Sequence record: PQ741806.1
DNA: 64,000 nt
Strand: one strand, 5' to 3'
In this document: piece after piece, positions 14,439 through 28,852 of the stretch
Numbering within the stretch: position 1 is the stretch's first letter
Layout: each line of letters begins with the position of its first letter
Made by a program: the position numbers and the translations under genes
The notes under the pieces: model-generated
The model's database searches: none
What the model saw: the letters and a program-made list of their open reading frames with translations, nothing else
Told to the model about the DNA's origin: nothing

Positions 14439-15746
14439 TTACTTCTCATCATTCTCAGGTGCTTTAGAAGTTTCTTTGCCGTACGCAGCTAATTCATGTT
14501 TAACAATAAATGTATACTGCGCAGCGATGCATTTAGCAATATAGTTAACTAGTGCACTATTATCAATACCACCAATATTCAGTGCATCACGCGCTGTTTC
14601 TTTTGACATGCCTGCTTCGTCAGGATTCCAATCAGCTAGGGCCTTTTCAAGATTCTCAGCAATCTTGTAATCACTCTTATTAAAGTCCTGTAGTTTAATA
14701 ACAAGACCTTTAAGAATATTAAGATGTGCTAAGATTTTACTCGGTGCACGGACATCAACTTCAACTTCATGTAGATCCGTTTCCCCATCACCCTCAACAA
14801 CTTCCCACTTATTCACACCTGACTTAGAAGAAGTAACTTCTAACTTAACATTACCAGGAGCTTTCTCAACGGCTTTATTAATATCTTCAGCCATCTTAGC
14901 TTGTAAATCACTGGTGACTTGATCAATATCAATAGACTTGTCACCTTTGAGATAACGTACTCCAAGTTCGCCATATTTCCTAAGAGCAGATACATACTGA
15001 GTTGAGAATACAGTCATGAAGTCTGCAATAGTCTTCGGATTATTTGCAATAAAGCCACTACTAGATACCATATACTCAGAAGGAGTGAACTTAATCTCTT
15101 CTTTCTTTAGATCACCGGCTTTGAGTGATTTAATAGCATCAATAGTTTTAGTAATACGCATATCGAGTGCAATCAGCTTAGGATTAAAATCTTTAATCTT
15201 CTGCTTTATCATTGCAACAATTTTCTTGATAATCTCTAAAGCTTTCTTACCTGCTTCTTTTAGTTTCTCTTTGAGATCCTCAAGAGAGATAACAGCTGCT
15301 TTCTGAATAGCGCTGCGTGGAGAAGCATCGTAATTCTCAAGCGCGGCAGTGAGTCCAGATTTTTCAATACCTAGGATACGATCGATTGATTCCATGCCAA
15401 CATGCATGAAGGCAGCTGCTTGTCGAGAGATACCATCTTCACCAGCTTGAAGTAAAAGACCTTGGAACTTTTCAAGTGCTTCTTTAGCATCTTCAATTAG
15501 CCCTAATTCATCTTCAGCTTGAACAATAGTTACTTCAGTAACTAATGCAGTTGGTTGAATAGCATCATCTGCATCAAGAACTTCTTCTACGGGATTATTT
15601 TCAATCTGATCTACTTCTGCTAAAACGGATGATACATCAGCAGAAGTTTTATTTTCAACGACTAATTCAACATCACCATGAATCGTAGTGCCTTGATCTT
15701 CAATTGATTCAAGTGATAGTTTGTCTAGCATTTTAAGTAGAGACAT
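14439..15746 (-). CDS. phiKZ internal head protein family (gp93-like)
   Basis: Paralogous segment ALEKFQGLLLQAGEDGISRQAAAFMH...ALENY...ISLEDLKE. Confidence 0.8.
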   Translation of the reverse strand: MSLLKMLDKLSLESIEDQGTTIHGDVELVVENKTSADVSSVLAEVDQIENNPVEEVLDADDAIQPTALVTEVTIVQAEDELGLIEDAKEALEKFQGLLLQAGEDGISRQAAAFMHVGMESIDRILGIEKSGLTAALENYDASPRSAIQKAAVISLEDLKEKLKEAGKKALEIIKKIVAMIKQKIKDFNPKLIALDMRITKTIDAIKSLKAGDLKKEEIKFTPSEYMVSSSGFIANNPKTIADFMTVFSTQYVSALRKYGELGVRYLKGDKSIDIDQVTSDLQAKMAEDINKAVEKAPGNVKLEVTSSKSGVNKWEVVEGDGETDLHEVEVDVRAPSKILAHLNILKGLVIKLQDFNKSDYKIAENLEKALADWNPDEAGMSKETARDALNIGGIDNSALVNYIAKCIAAQYTFIVKHELAAYGKETSKAPENDEK

Positions 15747-15751
15747 GTTAA

Positions 15752-17074
15752 TTACCTTACCTGGGAGGGATTATTTACTTGTTCTTGCGTAGGTCTTTGA
15801 ATTGGACGCTGGTAAGCTTTTAATTCTAACTCGGTCACGAATACTAGTCGACCCATTACTCTGACTAAACCAGCAAGAGCATTACTAAAATCTGTTACAA
15901 CGCGACTTACATTATTGATCATTAATGTAATTGAATTAATGATATTTGAGATAGCAGGGATGCCATCAGGTGCATCCGGATCTTGAACTTTTGCTTGACG
16001 ATTTCGCATATTAGATTGTTGTGCCCGAATCCTACCAGCTTGTTGACGATTAGTCTCGGCTAACTGCATTAACCTACCAAATTCAAAATCTAGTTTAGTT
16101 GCATAATCTTTTCTAGCATCTATACGTTTAGCCATTTCGCTTAATAATACTAACCGTCTTCCAATTGAACTCGTATCATTAACCTTAAAGGTATTGTTAC
16201 CTTCAGGTGCATCCTTCATAGTAGGAATAGTATAAAACTTAAAGGCAAAATCACGGACAGTATTTACTAAAAAATCCCAATCCCTGATCTCTTCAGTCTG
16301 TGTTTCAGTTGGCCCTGCGCCAAATAAAGTCTTATTACCTTGAACTGGCATACTACGATAAACTGTAGAACTTACTCTAAATCTATCATCTTTCTTAATA
16401 GGTACTGCACCCTTCATCCAGTTCTTAACATTAAACTTACTAAAGTCTTGTGCAGCTCTATCAGTCCATTTTTCATCAAATGATAATTTCCTAAGGATAT
16501 CCGCTACAGATTGGATATACAAGAGTAGGGATTTATCATAGAAAGCTATCAAGTTGTTAACTTGCATGAGTATCGGATCAACTGTAGTCGGTTCGAATTT
16601 ACCATCAATACTAAATCGTTTAGTATTTTTAAATTTTAATTCTTGCTTAAATGGCTCATGCTTAATATTTTCAGCTCTTTCTAAAAGCATGTTTATTCGT
16701 TCAAGAGTACGTTGATTACCTTGTGTAATAACACGTGCATACTCTTTTAACTCATCTCGATGCTTTGCTTGGGATTTTTTCATTTCATCCCAGGTATTTC
16801 GTGCTGTCTTAGATAGGTCTTCTAATGACACATTCTCAGTTTTTAGAATGTGTTCACTAACAACATCTTGGTTATCTGCATATTTTTGAAATAAGCCATC
16901 GGTATAGGTTTTAACTAAAATGTCTTTTTCAGTGCATTCTAATCTACTTTGAATATCTTCAATTGATGGCAATAATTCTTTTAGATATCCATCGCATGTA
17001 GCGATCATATCGACGGGGCTGTCCCCGTCGATTGATTCAAGTAAGACCGAATGACTAAGTGAATTATTAGTCAT
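15752..17074 (-). CDS. Head protein (gp92-like)
   Basis: VSLE-DLS cleavage-type motif; synteny. Confidence 0.7.
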   Translation of the reverse strand: MTNNSLSHSVLLESIDGDSPVDMIATCDGYLKELLPSIEDIQSRLECTEKDILVKTYTDGLFQKYADNQDVVSEHILKTENVSLEDLSKTARNTWDEMKKSQAKHRDELKEYARVITQGNQRTLERINMLLERAENIKHEPFKQELKFKNTKRFSIDGKFEPTTVDPILMQVNNLIAFYDKSLLLYIQSVADILRKLSFDEKWTDRAAQDFSKFNVKNWMKGAVPIKKDDRFRVSSTVYRSMPVQGNKTLFGAGPTETQTEEIRDWDFLVNTVRDFAFKFYTIPTMKDAPEGNNTFKVNDTSSIGRRLVLLSEMAKRIDARKDYATKLDFEFGRLMQLAETNRQQAGRIRAQQSNMRNRQAKVQDPDAPDGIPAISNIINSITLMINNVSRVVTDFSNALAGLVRVMGRLVFVTELELKAYQRPIQRPTQEQVNNPSQVR

Positions 17075-17083
17075 AGATAGTCC

Positions 17084-17629
17084 TCAGTCCTTATCTATTA
17101 CTTCTACAGATCCAAATAGTAGATGTAGGGTATACATTAGATCATTCATACCGTTTTTGTGTTTAACCCAATTCTGGATCATTGAAACAGTATCTAGATC
17201 TAATTTTAACTCATTAAAGAGAGTAGCAATTTCAGCGCGCGGTTCAATGAGTTGTGCACCAGCATCTGGTTCAGTAGCTAGTAACATTGGCCATTGGGTA
17301 ATTGAAATACGTCGATGACCCGTAGCAATGTATCGAACAGTATCTAATAGGAATTGATAATTATAACTATCAATATTACTATTATTGTCCTGTAGAATAA
17401 ACCAATTATAGTTTCCGCTAAAAAGACGAATAGCACAAGCTAGAACTTTCTTATGGAATTCCCAATATGCAGTTTGTGCAGGAAAGTTGGTAAAGATAAG
17501 ATATAGTTCTTCAACTTGAGGATCACCGGGACGAGCAGTGAACCGTGAAATGGCCTGTTGTTGACCACCTGAGTAATTACGACCAAATGGGCGTACAGCA
17601 TTAGTTGCTGGCATATCAATGCCCTCCAT
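17084..17629 (-). CDS. Conserved hypothetical/virion protein (gp91-like)
   Basis: ORF track; TAATG-coupled to gp90. Confidence 0.65.
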   Translation of the reverse strand: MEGIDMPATNAVRPFGRNYSGGQQQAISRFTARPGDPQVEELYLIFTNFPAQTAYWEFHKKVLACAIRLFSGNYNWFILQDNNSNIDSYNYQFLLDTVRYIATGHRRISITQWPMLLATEPDAGAQLIEPRAEIATLFNELKLDLDTVSMIQNWVKHKNGMNDLMYTLHLLFGSVEVIDKD

Positions 17630-18561
17630 TAGTGACCAAGAGATAGTAGATCACGATGGTTAGCAAAGAACTCAGATGCGCGATCTTGGATCATACCTAG
17701 GCGATAGTTATAATCAGAGATACGAATTTCATACTCTTTAATAAGCTTCTGTAGGCGTGCATCCACTTTACCATTACTTTGCATTTCCCGCATTTCTTGT
17801 AAACGTAGCTGAAGTGCAAGGAATTCTTGCTCAGCTTCTTTAAAACGTTCAACCTGATACTCAGCTAAGAACTTGCCAAATAGCACGAACGGGTTCTGAC
17901 GAGGTGAGAAGCCATCCATGTTAAGTGGATCACGTTGAGCTATAGAGAGAGCACTCACAGCTACATCATAAGTACCTTCATTGACTTCAGCACTAGATGC
18001 ACGGCTTAAGCGTTGTTTCAGTTCATTAGTCTTAAGACTCATTGCTGGATACAGAGTAATGAATTGCGCCATATTAGTGTATAGCCATTCTTTCTCAGCA
18101 CGAGATGATTTTAATTCAGTAGCCTTACCTAATTTCATTGCTTCTTGTGCAATTAGATTTAGTAGTAGTTTACGGCCATAACGAATATAGAAACTAAGAC
18201 CATCAACAAAACGTAACATGTTTGCACGGTCAAAGGTTAGATTAGAGTTAGTAAACTGAATAGCAAATAAACGCCGGATTTCGCTTTCGATCATATCAAA
18301 GCTACCACGAATATTTGAAAGAGTATCCAGTACTAGTTTAATCGGTTCAGTATTAAAACTAATCGCTCGCCGTAGTTCAGTAGATAACCGCATACCTAAA
18401 TCTGATTTAAGTTGCATATTACCAAATACTTCACCTACATCGTCAATAATTGGTGCGAGAGTTGCATCATATTCTTCACGTAATGAACGGATTTGATTTA
18501 ATAGTTCACGACGTTCAGTAACTGGTGCGAGTTCACGTACATAATCAATAATTCTCATCAC
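17629..18561 (-). CDS. Inner-head protein (gp90-like)
   Basis: 310-aa helical/coiled-coil protein; synteny next to gp89. Confidence 0.7.
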   Translation of the reverse strand: MMRIIDYVRELAPVTERRELLNQIRSLREEYDATLAPIIDDVGEVFGNMQLKSDLGMRLSTELRRAISFNTEPIKLVLDTLSNIRGSFDMIESEIRRLFAIQFTNSNLTFDRANMLRFVDGLSFYIRYGRKLLLNLIAQEAMKLGKATELKSSRAEKEWLYTNMAQFITLYPAMSLKTNELKQRLSRASSAEVNEGTYDVAVSALSIAQRDPLNMDGFSPRQNPFVLFGKFLAEYQVERFKEAEQEFLALQLRLQEMREMQSNGKVDARLQKLIKEYEIRISDYNYRLGMIQDRASEFFANHRDLLSLGH

Positions 18562-18568
18562 TCAGTCC

Positions 18569-19732
18569 TTAAATATTGGTAGACATGGTTTTATTCATCA
18601 TTTTAAAGATCTCAGTGATATCCGGACCTTTATTCTTTTCAGCCATTTTAATTTCATCAAGTCGGTGAGATGTAGATAGATCAACCCCACGATGATAAAT
18701 AGTTACTCGCTCATAACGGTCATCAATAACAACAAGCATCATTAGATAGCTATTGTCAAAGATCTTTTGCCGAGTGGCGAAATCATCAATACGACCATAA
18801 AGAGAATTAGAAGCAGCTTTAAGAGTTGAAGTTGATACAATCGCGATATTTGATGCATCTGCTAATGAAACCGTACCACTGCGAACTGATTGTTTCCAGT
18901 TGTTACGGCGGCGATCGGTGATTTGTTTATAAACACCTGATTTATCATTCATTAGAATGCGATAATGTTCATCGATCATATCTTGACCTAGAACGAAGTC
19001 ACGCCAGAATTTAATTTGACCAGTTTTTACTAGAAATAGGCGATGTAGCCAAGTATCTCGTCCACCAGCACTAAAGATGTGCGCAATAATCTGAGGACTA
19101 ACAGCGGCTGGAATTAAACGGATCATAACAGGAATTTTAGCTTTCTGCTTTCCTGATTTAACATCAACGTTAACCAGCTTACCAACGGCAAGGTTTTCAA
19201 CTTCATAAATCTTTTGTGTATCACCACTAGAAATACTTTGTGCACTTGTACTTTCGTCATTCGCTTCCATTGAAGCTACCCAACGCTCATGTGAGTGTTC
19301 AGCGACGATATTTGGTAAATGCACAGGCTTCTCAAAAGACTCTAATGAAGGAAGACCATCAGAATACTCTTCGGCAGAGAATACACTAGTGCGAGTTACA
19401 CCTGTACGGTTAGGATTAATAGTATCGAATACTTTTAAAGTATCAATCTTATCCACACCTAGAAGCATATTAACAGCTTGTAGATAATAACCAGTAAAAG
19501 ACGATGAAACAAATTTCATAACGTCTTTCATGTAAGGTTGATCAACTAAGGTTTGGTCTACGATGACCAATGGTTCAACACGAGTTGGACGTGCTAGATC
19601 GGTTAGAGAAGAAATCTCTACACCATTTTTAGTGGCTTGTAGGACAGTCTGCATTAGACCACGTACACCTTGATCAGCAGCAACAGTCATCAGAGCAGAA
19701 CTTACTGCTCCGGCGATTACAGGTAATGGCAT
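18569..19732 (-). CDS. Inner-head protein (gp89-like)
   Basis: Internal SAE/SLE/SME cleavage-type sites; synteny. Confidence 0.7.
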   Translation of the reverse strand: MPLPVIAGAVSSALMTVAADQGVRGLMQTVLQATKNGVEISSLTDLARPTRVEPLVIVDQTLVDQPYMKDVMKFVSSSFTGYYLQAVNMLLGVDKIDTLKVFDTINPNRTGVTRTSVFSAEEYSDGLPSLESFEKPVHLPNIVAEHSHERWVASMEANDESTSAQSISSGDTQKIYEVENLAVGKLVNVDVKSGKQKAKIPVMIRLIPAAVSPQIIAHIFSAGGRDTWLHRLFLVKTGQIKFWRDFVLGQDMIDEHYRILMNDKSGVYKQITDRRRNNWKQSVRSGTVSLADASNIAIVSTSTLKAASNSLYGRIDDFATRQKIFDNSYLMMLVVIDDRYERVTIYHRGVDLSTSHRLDEIKMAEKNKGPDITEIFKMMNKTMSTNI

Positions 19733-19768
19733 TTTTCTCTTCCTATATGGGTTTGCAGAGAGTTATAA

Positions 19769-23740
<3,972 letters not shown>

Positions 23741-23743
23741 GGT

Positions 23744-23775
23744 CATAATGCCCTCCCCTAGGGGAGGGCATTATG
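23744..23775. terminator. Perfect 32-bp palindrome CATAATGCCCTCCCCT/AGGGGAGGGCATTATG; bidirectional terminator
   Basis: Lies between the convergent gp87 and gp86 stops. Confidence 0.9.
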
Positions 23776-23782
23776 TTGTATT

Positions 23783-25072
23783 TTACATTGCATAACCACG
23801 TTTAAAGTCATCGATGACTTTATCAAATCGACGCTGCCATTCGCGAATAGCATCATTGAAGCCATGGATCTTATAATCTTCACTAACTACTTGTGCACAC
23901 TTACCATAATAGTTAAGTACGCAACTAGCTGCTAGATATTGTGCTTGAGAATATTCAAACATCGTATCAGTAATACGACGCATACCTTCAAGGGAAGTGT
24001 TGATTAATTGAACAGACTCACCAATAGCATCAATAGTTTCTTGACTATAATTACGTGATAGTTGCTTTAACTTACGTAGAGTATCACTGCTATTGCGATA
24101 TGCTTTTAACAAATCATCAAGTGGTGCGACAAAACGATCTTTTAACAGATGTGAGTTTTTCCAGAAATTCTTATCAGGGAAATCTGGAATGCTTGAACGA
24201 TCAGGATACACTGTAGATAGTTCATTGCACCGGGTAGCTAGTTTACCAATCTCACGGATATTAGCGATAGGCATAAGTGCACGATAATCATCACCATTGT
24301 AATTAACATATTCAATGATAGTGCCAACTAGCTTTTCCATTGTACCTAGTTCAGTACGTGCTTCATTATTAATATTAATGATTTCTTTCTGGTAGTATAC
24401 ACTACCAAATGCAGCAGCATATACACGACTAGCTAGGATTTTAGGATCATCAATGATTGATTGTGCAATTGCATCAAACTTTTCTAGTAGCGCATCCTTT
24501 CGATTACCTAATCGATTTTTAACTAGTAACTCTTGAAAGAGAGTACGTGCTTGATCAACTGCCCGGACAATCTTTCCATAACGAGTTGCTACAACAACAT
24601 CGCGCTTCTTAAAATCACTAATCCAACGCATCAGCTTAGCAAATAGTTCCATTAGTTTCTCAAACCAAGTCTTAAGAGTATTAATGATGGTAGCCATCAC
24701 TGCCTCTTGAGAAATAGTCACATTAAGAGTACTACGGGTTGGTGTAAACATAGAAGCATATTGCTCAAGTGAAGCTACTGCTTTCTTAGGAGCTTCAAAC
24801 CCTTCAGTGCTCATGCGCTTAACTAATGCTCGAATACCATCAACATCTGGTTTTGATACGCCTTCAAGTTTAGTGATTGCATAAATATCAGATAGCTGAT
24901 GAATCGCTTCGACAGCTACACACATCTTAGCTAAAATTTCAGGAGCCGAGGCACTTGAAACAGTCTCTTCTTCGCCTTCAACCATCTCTGGTTGGTTCTC
25001 ATCAAAGAAAAGTTTTTCCTCTTCGACATCTACTTCTTTAACATGAGACATGGGTTTAACCTCACTCATCAA
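23783..25072 (-). CDS. Head protein with a processed propeptide (gp86-like)
   Basis: MSTE, ASLE-QY and ISQE-AV motifs spaced as in gp93-95. Confidence 0.7.
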   Translation of the reverse strand: MMSEVKPMSHVKEVDVEEEKLFFDENQPEMVEGEEETVSSASAPEILAKMCVAVEAIHQLSDIYAITKLEGVSKPDVDGIRALVKRMSTEGFEAPKKAVASLEQYASMFTPTRSTLNVTISQEAVMATIINTLKTWFEKLMELFAKLMRWISDFKKRDVVVATRYGKIVRAVDQARTLFQELLVKNRLGNRKDALLEKFDAIAQSIIDDPKILASRVYAAAFGSVYYQKEIININNEARTELGTMEKLVGTIIEYVNYNGDDYRALMPIANIREIGKLATRCNELSTVYPDRSSIPDFPDKNFWKNSHLLKDRFVAPLDDLLKAYRNSSDTLRKLKQLSRNYSQETIDAIGESVQLINTSLEGMRRITDTMFEYSQAQYLAASCVLNYYGKCAQVVSEDYKIHGFNDAIREWQRRFDKVIDDFKRGYAM

Positions 25073-25511
25073 TACTACCGATTAATTGATTTAATGCATT
25101 ACCCATGTCTGCTTGGATACGGTTATAATCTGGGCCATTAACAACGGCAGAGACAATATTGATATCATCGACAGTTAGATAATCATTAGCGGTATCAGAT
25201 GTCAGTACAGCTTTGACAAGACATGGATCAGTAATACCGTTGATAAGACTTTGGCGAATGCGAAGAATATTGTTAAAATATGTTACGGCTAGTTTAGTAT
25301 CAACTGCAATATTCTCATTAACTTTACTTAAGATTTTCTTAAATTTAGCAACAGCTTTATCCTGTTGTTCATTGAAATCAAGTAAAATCTCAAATGGAAT
25401 CTGTAATGCCACCGCATTAGCTAGGAGCATTGCGCGGGTTTTACGATCAGAACCACCTAAGTTAGGCAGTTGCTTTAGAATACGGGAAAGTTCAAAACCT
25501 AATTGTTGCAT
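25062..25511 (-). CDS. Small head protein (gp85-like)
   Basis: ORF track; overlaps the gp86 start; synteny. Confidence 0.65.
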   Translation of the reverse strand: MQQLGFELSRILKQLPNLGGSDRKTRAMLLANAVALQIPFEILLDFNEQQDKAVAKFKKILSKVNENIAVDTKLAVTYFNNILRIRQSLINGITDPCLVKAVLTSDTANDYLTVDDINIVSAVVNGPDYNRIQADMGNALNQLIGSIDE

Positions 25512-25522
25512 GATTTTTCTCT

Positions 25523-26764
25523 CTATTTAGTTAAGCGGTAGGCTCTTACAAATAAGTCATTATTTAATAGACTTTCTAAAGTATCTTCTAATTCAGTAGC
25601 CCGTTTATCTTTACGACGCTGGGGACTAAGGAAATCTAAAATTTTATCAAAAATGGTCCACTCATTAGCTAAATCATTTATCAATGAATCAATTACTTTA
25701 ATGTCATCATCAATTCCTGGTTTTAGTGATGAGTCCTTTACCCATTTAAGTTGTGCTACTAGATCTTGTTTAATTTTCATTAAACGTTGTCGTTGTTTGT
25801 CATAACGTGAACTAATTGGATCATATCCAACTTTTAAATTACCGGCAATGATACCTAGTGTAACAGGTAAACCAATGATCATAAATAGACCTTTGAATAC
25901 CTCAGCAGTAATATGGCTAGAAACAGATTTATATTCACGGTCATTATAATACCGACCTGATTTAGTTAATGCCGTTGCCAGTGGCCTTCCATAACCTAAT
26001 CGAGTGGCGAATAAATCAGCTAATTGTTCATCGCGTTTACGTGATTGAACATCACCAGTTAAATGCGGACGTTGCGCTTTCTTAAATGATGATAGAATGA
26101 CTTTACGAATATTTCCTTCAGTCCTATCATTAGCAAACTTCTCATAATCGGCTGGATCAACGTTTTTCTTTAACCATGTTTCATCCAATAATTGAATCTT
26201 ATACTTATTAGCTTTCCTACCCTGTAAGATAAGTATACCTTCAGTAAGTGCATAGTTAAGATAGACGTAGTCACCCATTGTAGCCAGTGTTTCCCAACAA
26301 TGCCCAATTTCATGTAATGTAATGGCAGTAGCTTCTGCTATACTAACACGGTTAATAGCCGATAATAAACCAATAGATAAACCGACCTTGTATTTAAAAG
26401 TTGAAACAGCCTCACCCGTAACTTTTAAATTTGTTAAATTAATATTAATGAATGTATTGACACCTTGCTCAGTTGCTAAAGTAACTCGATTAATATTGTC
26501 AAATTTACTACCAGTATGTCCAACTGTAAAGGATGTGTATGCACCACCCATTATACCCTGATCATCCAGGTGTGTAAACTCTATATTCATATTGAGGATC
26601 TTAGAAACATCATCACTCAGTGACCTAAAATCATTAATATCTATTCTCTGTTGATTATCTAATTTATCACGAATCTTGGTTAGATGTTCTTCGATCAATG
26701 GACCTAAGTCACGCTTAACATTCACATCTAACACTTCATTAGAGATTTCTATCGTATGTAGCAT
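25523..26764 (-). CDS. Virion protein with a zinc-metallopeptidase-like motif (gp84-like)
   Basis: AITLHEIGH (HExxH) plus downstream EQLADLFATRLGYG. Confidence 0.65.
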   Translation of the reverse strand: MLHTIEISNEVLDVNVKRDLGPLIEEHLTKIRDKLDNQQRIDINDFRSLSDDVSKILNMNIEFTHLDDQGIMGGAYTSFTVGHTGSKFDNINRVTLATEQGVNTFININLTNLKVTGEAVSTFKYKVGLSIGLLSAINRVSIAEATAITLHEIGHCWETLATMGDYVYLNYALTEGILILQGRKANKYKIQLLDETWLKKNVDPADYEKFANDRTEGNIRKVILSSFKKAQRPHLTGDVQSRKRDEQLADLFATRLGYGRPLATALTKSGRYYNDREYKSVSSHITAEVFKGLFMIIGLPVTLGIIAGNLKVGYDPISSRYDKQRQRLMKIKQDLVAQLKWVKDSSLKPGIDDDIKVIDSLINDLANEWTIFDKILDFLSPQRRKDKRATELEDTLESLLNNDLFVRAYRLTK

Positions 26765-26865
26765 TTTATATCTCTACCAGTATTAATTTATAATCATAAA
26801 GATAAGGCTGCGTTGTATAGAATTCAATCTTATGCACTACGTATTATAAAAGAGGCGCACACAAA

Positions 26866-28380
26866 ATGTTTGAGTTATTGTTGTCTTCTGGACTAACAAA
26901 TACGCCTATATATTCCGATCCTTATCCAGGTCCTAAAACACTGATAGCTGGGACAAGGGAATTAGGTTTGTATGGTGAAACAACATCTTCAGAATTATTT
27001 GGTTATGATGATGCAGCTAAATTAGTTAATATGACATTTGGAACAGTAATCAATGATGGACAACCATGGTTAAAGTTCTCTAATAAAAATGTTACTTGTT
27101 ACATACCAAAGAAACCAGCTCGTAAATCAATACAAAAATCACGGCTTAATAATGCCGGACTCCGTAATGGTGACTATGAAGTTAGATTTATGGGGAACAT
27201 TTATAAATTTGGTTTATTAACAATGGCTGGTGCCACATCAGAATGGCAAAGGTTACTTTATAATGTTCACGTATCTAATTTAAATGGTGCTAACTGGCCT
27301 TATAAATTTACAGATAATGACTTAGGTATTAACCAAGCGGTCGCTGGTGGTATTAGCACTGATGGTACTACTAACTGGGGAAGAGACCCAGGTAGTGATC
27401 CAGTTAATGACCAGCTCTATCGTGGCTACTATGCGATTGATATAACTAGCTCGTCAAGTAGTGAAACGGGTGCTGCAACCCAAGGTTGGCGTCCAGTGGT
27501 TTATGCTAGTGGTACATATCCATTCGTTAAAGATAATGTTATTAAACTTACTGATTTTGAAACTGATAACGAAATGGCAGCAGGTGCCCAAATAGGTAAC
27601 TTAGTCTATTATTACGGTGGTAAGAATAATGCTAATACTGCTCTACGTACACTGAATTTAGTCACGGGTAAGTTAACAACATTACAACCAACTGGTACGC
27701 CTATAGCAGTTAAACAATGCTCGGCTGTTGCATTTAATGGTAAAGTATATTTCTATGGTGGTGAAAGTGCCACAGATGGTGTACTTACTAAAGATATGCA
27801 GTGTTATGATCCTGCAACTAATACATGGGAAATAAAATCACCAGGCACGATAGCTTGCCGGTATGCACGTGGAACTAGTCTTAATGGGTTAATCTACATA
27901 TTAGGTGCAGCTGATACAACTGCGACAAATAATCGTGGATTTACATTAATGTACAATCCAACTACAGATACATATACCAGTGGTGCAGCATTTAATGATA
28001 CTGGGGAATATACCCAAGATTATTCAGTGAGTATTTATAATAATAGCGTATGCGTTATTGGTGGTACGGTTGGTGCTGGTGTTAATACTGGAATCATATC
28101 GTACAATCAAACCAACAATAATTGGTCCAAACCAATAACTACAGGTATACCTCTTGGTGCAGCTATTAATATACGCCCATCTGGTGAACTTTATGTAATC
28201 GCTGGTGAAAATCAAAATAACGCACCAATTAAGTATTATGAACCACGATTAGCACGATGGATAAATTTAGGTAATTTAGAAACTGGTTTAGTGGATGCAG
28301 GTTTTGCCAATACGTTTAATAATGACGGTAAGATTTATGTTCTAAACGGTAATCAGAATTTAAAATACCAAATTAGTTAA
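26866..28380 (+). CDS. Virion protein: phiKZ MFELLL/YPGP-type N-terminus plus a C-terminal Kelch beta-propeller (gp83-like)
   Basis: Kelch-like blades GNLVYYYGG, NGKVYFYGG...YDPATNTW, NGLIYILGA...YNPTTDTY, NNSVCVIGG. Confidence 0.7.
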   Translation: MFELLLSSGLTNTPIYSDPYPGPKTLIAGTRELGLYGETTSSELFGYDDAAKLVNMTFGTVINDGQPWLKFSNKNVTCYIPKKPARKSIQKSRLNNAGLRNGDYEVRFMGNIYKFGLLTMAGATSEWQRLLYNVHVSNLNGANWPYKFTDNDLGINQAVAGGISTDGTTNWGRDPGSDPVNDQLYRGYYAIDITSSSSSETGAATQGWRPVVYASGTYPFVKDNVIKLTDFETDNEMAAGAQIGNLVYYYGGKNNANTALRTLNLVTGKLTTLQPTGTPIAVKQCSAVAFNGKVYFYGGESATDGVLTKDMQCYDPATNTWEIKSPGTIACRYARGTSLNGLIYILGAADTTATNNRGFTLMYNPTTDTYTSGAAFNDTGEYTQDYSVSIYNNSVCVIGGTVGAGVNTGIISYNQTNNNWSKPITTGIPLGAAINIRPSGELYVIAGENQNNAPIKYYEPRLARWINLGNLETGLVDAGFANTFNNDGKIYVLNGNQNLKYQIS

Positions 28381-28386
28381 CGAAAT

Positions 28387-28411
28387 AAACCCTCCCGTAA
28401 TGGGAGGGTTT
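28387..28411. terminator. Bidirectional terminator AAACCCTCCC-GTAAT-GGGAGGGTTT
   Basis: 10-bp stem between convergent transcription units. Confidence 0.8.
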
Positions 28412-28483
28412 TATGATGTGTCGAAGTTTATGTTAGCAGTAATGATCAATTGATAATATTTAATTAGGAATACCTTCCATTTT

Positions 28484-28852
28484 TTAATATCCTTCATTAA
28501 GTAGTTCTGCTAGAGCACGTGCCTGTGAAATATCAGTAGAAGCAAAAACATCAGAAAGATAGTTATCATGTTCTTTTGCATTCTGACGCAATTCATCCAT
28601 TAGATGTTTATTAGATACCGCCCATACTTTCCACAGATTTTTATAATCATCATATTTGGGATTATACCCGTCTAGTGGTGGTTTTCCTTTACCAGCTTTC
28701 CAATGGTTGGAGTATATGCGATATCCTTTACAATCTAACTGCCAAGCTTCCTCAATTGTTCTGCCATCAGGAAGCCTTGCGTAAAGAGCCGAGAATCTTT
28801 TGTCACCAACAGATGAACATTCATATCCTCCTCGGCGCTTCCACTGATATAT
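28484..28852 (-). CDS. Hidden 122-codon ORF lacking an ATG/GTG/TTG start (IYQWKRRGGYECSSVGDKRFSALYARLPDGRTIEEAWQLDCKGY...SQARALAELLNEGY)
   Basis: Manual translation; fills an otherwise empty 370-bp gap; AT-rich third codon positions as in neighbouring genes; begins at an ATA overlapping the gp82 TAA. Confidence 0.75.
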   Translation of the reverse strand: MYQWKRRGGYECSSVGDKRFSALYARLPDGRTIEEAWQLDCKGYRIYSNHWKAGKGKPPLDGYNPKYDDYKNLWKVWAVSNKHLMDELRQNAKEHDNYLSDVFASTDISQARALAELLNEGY

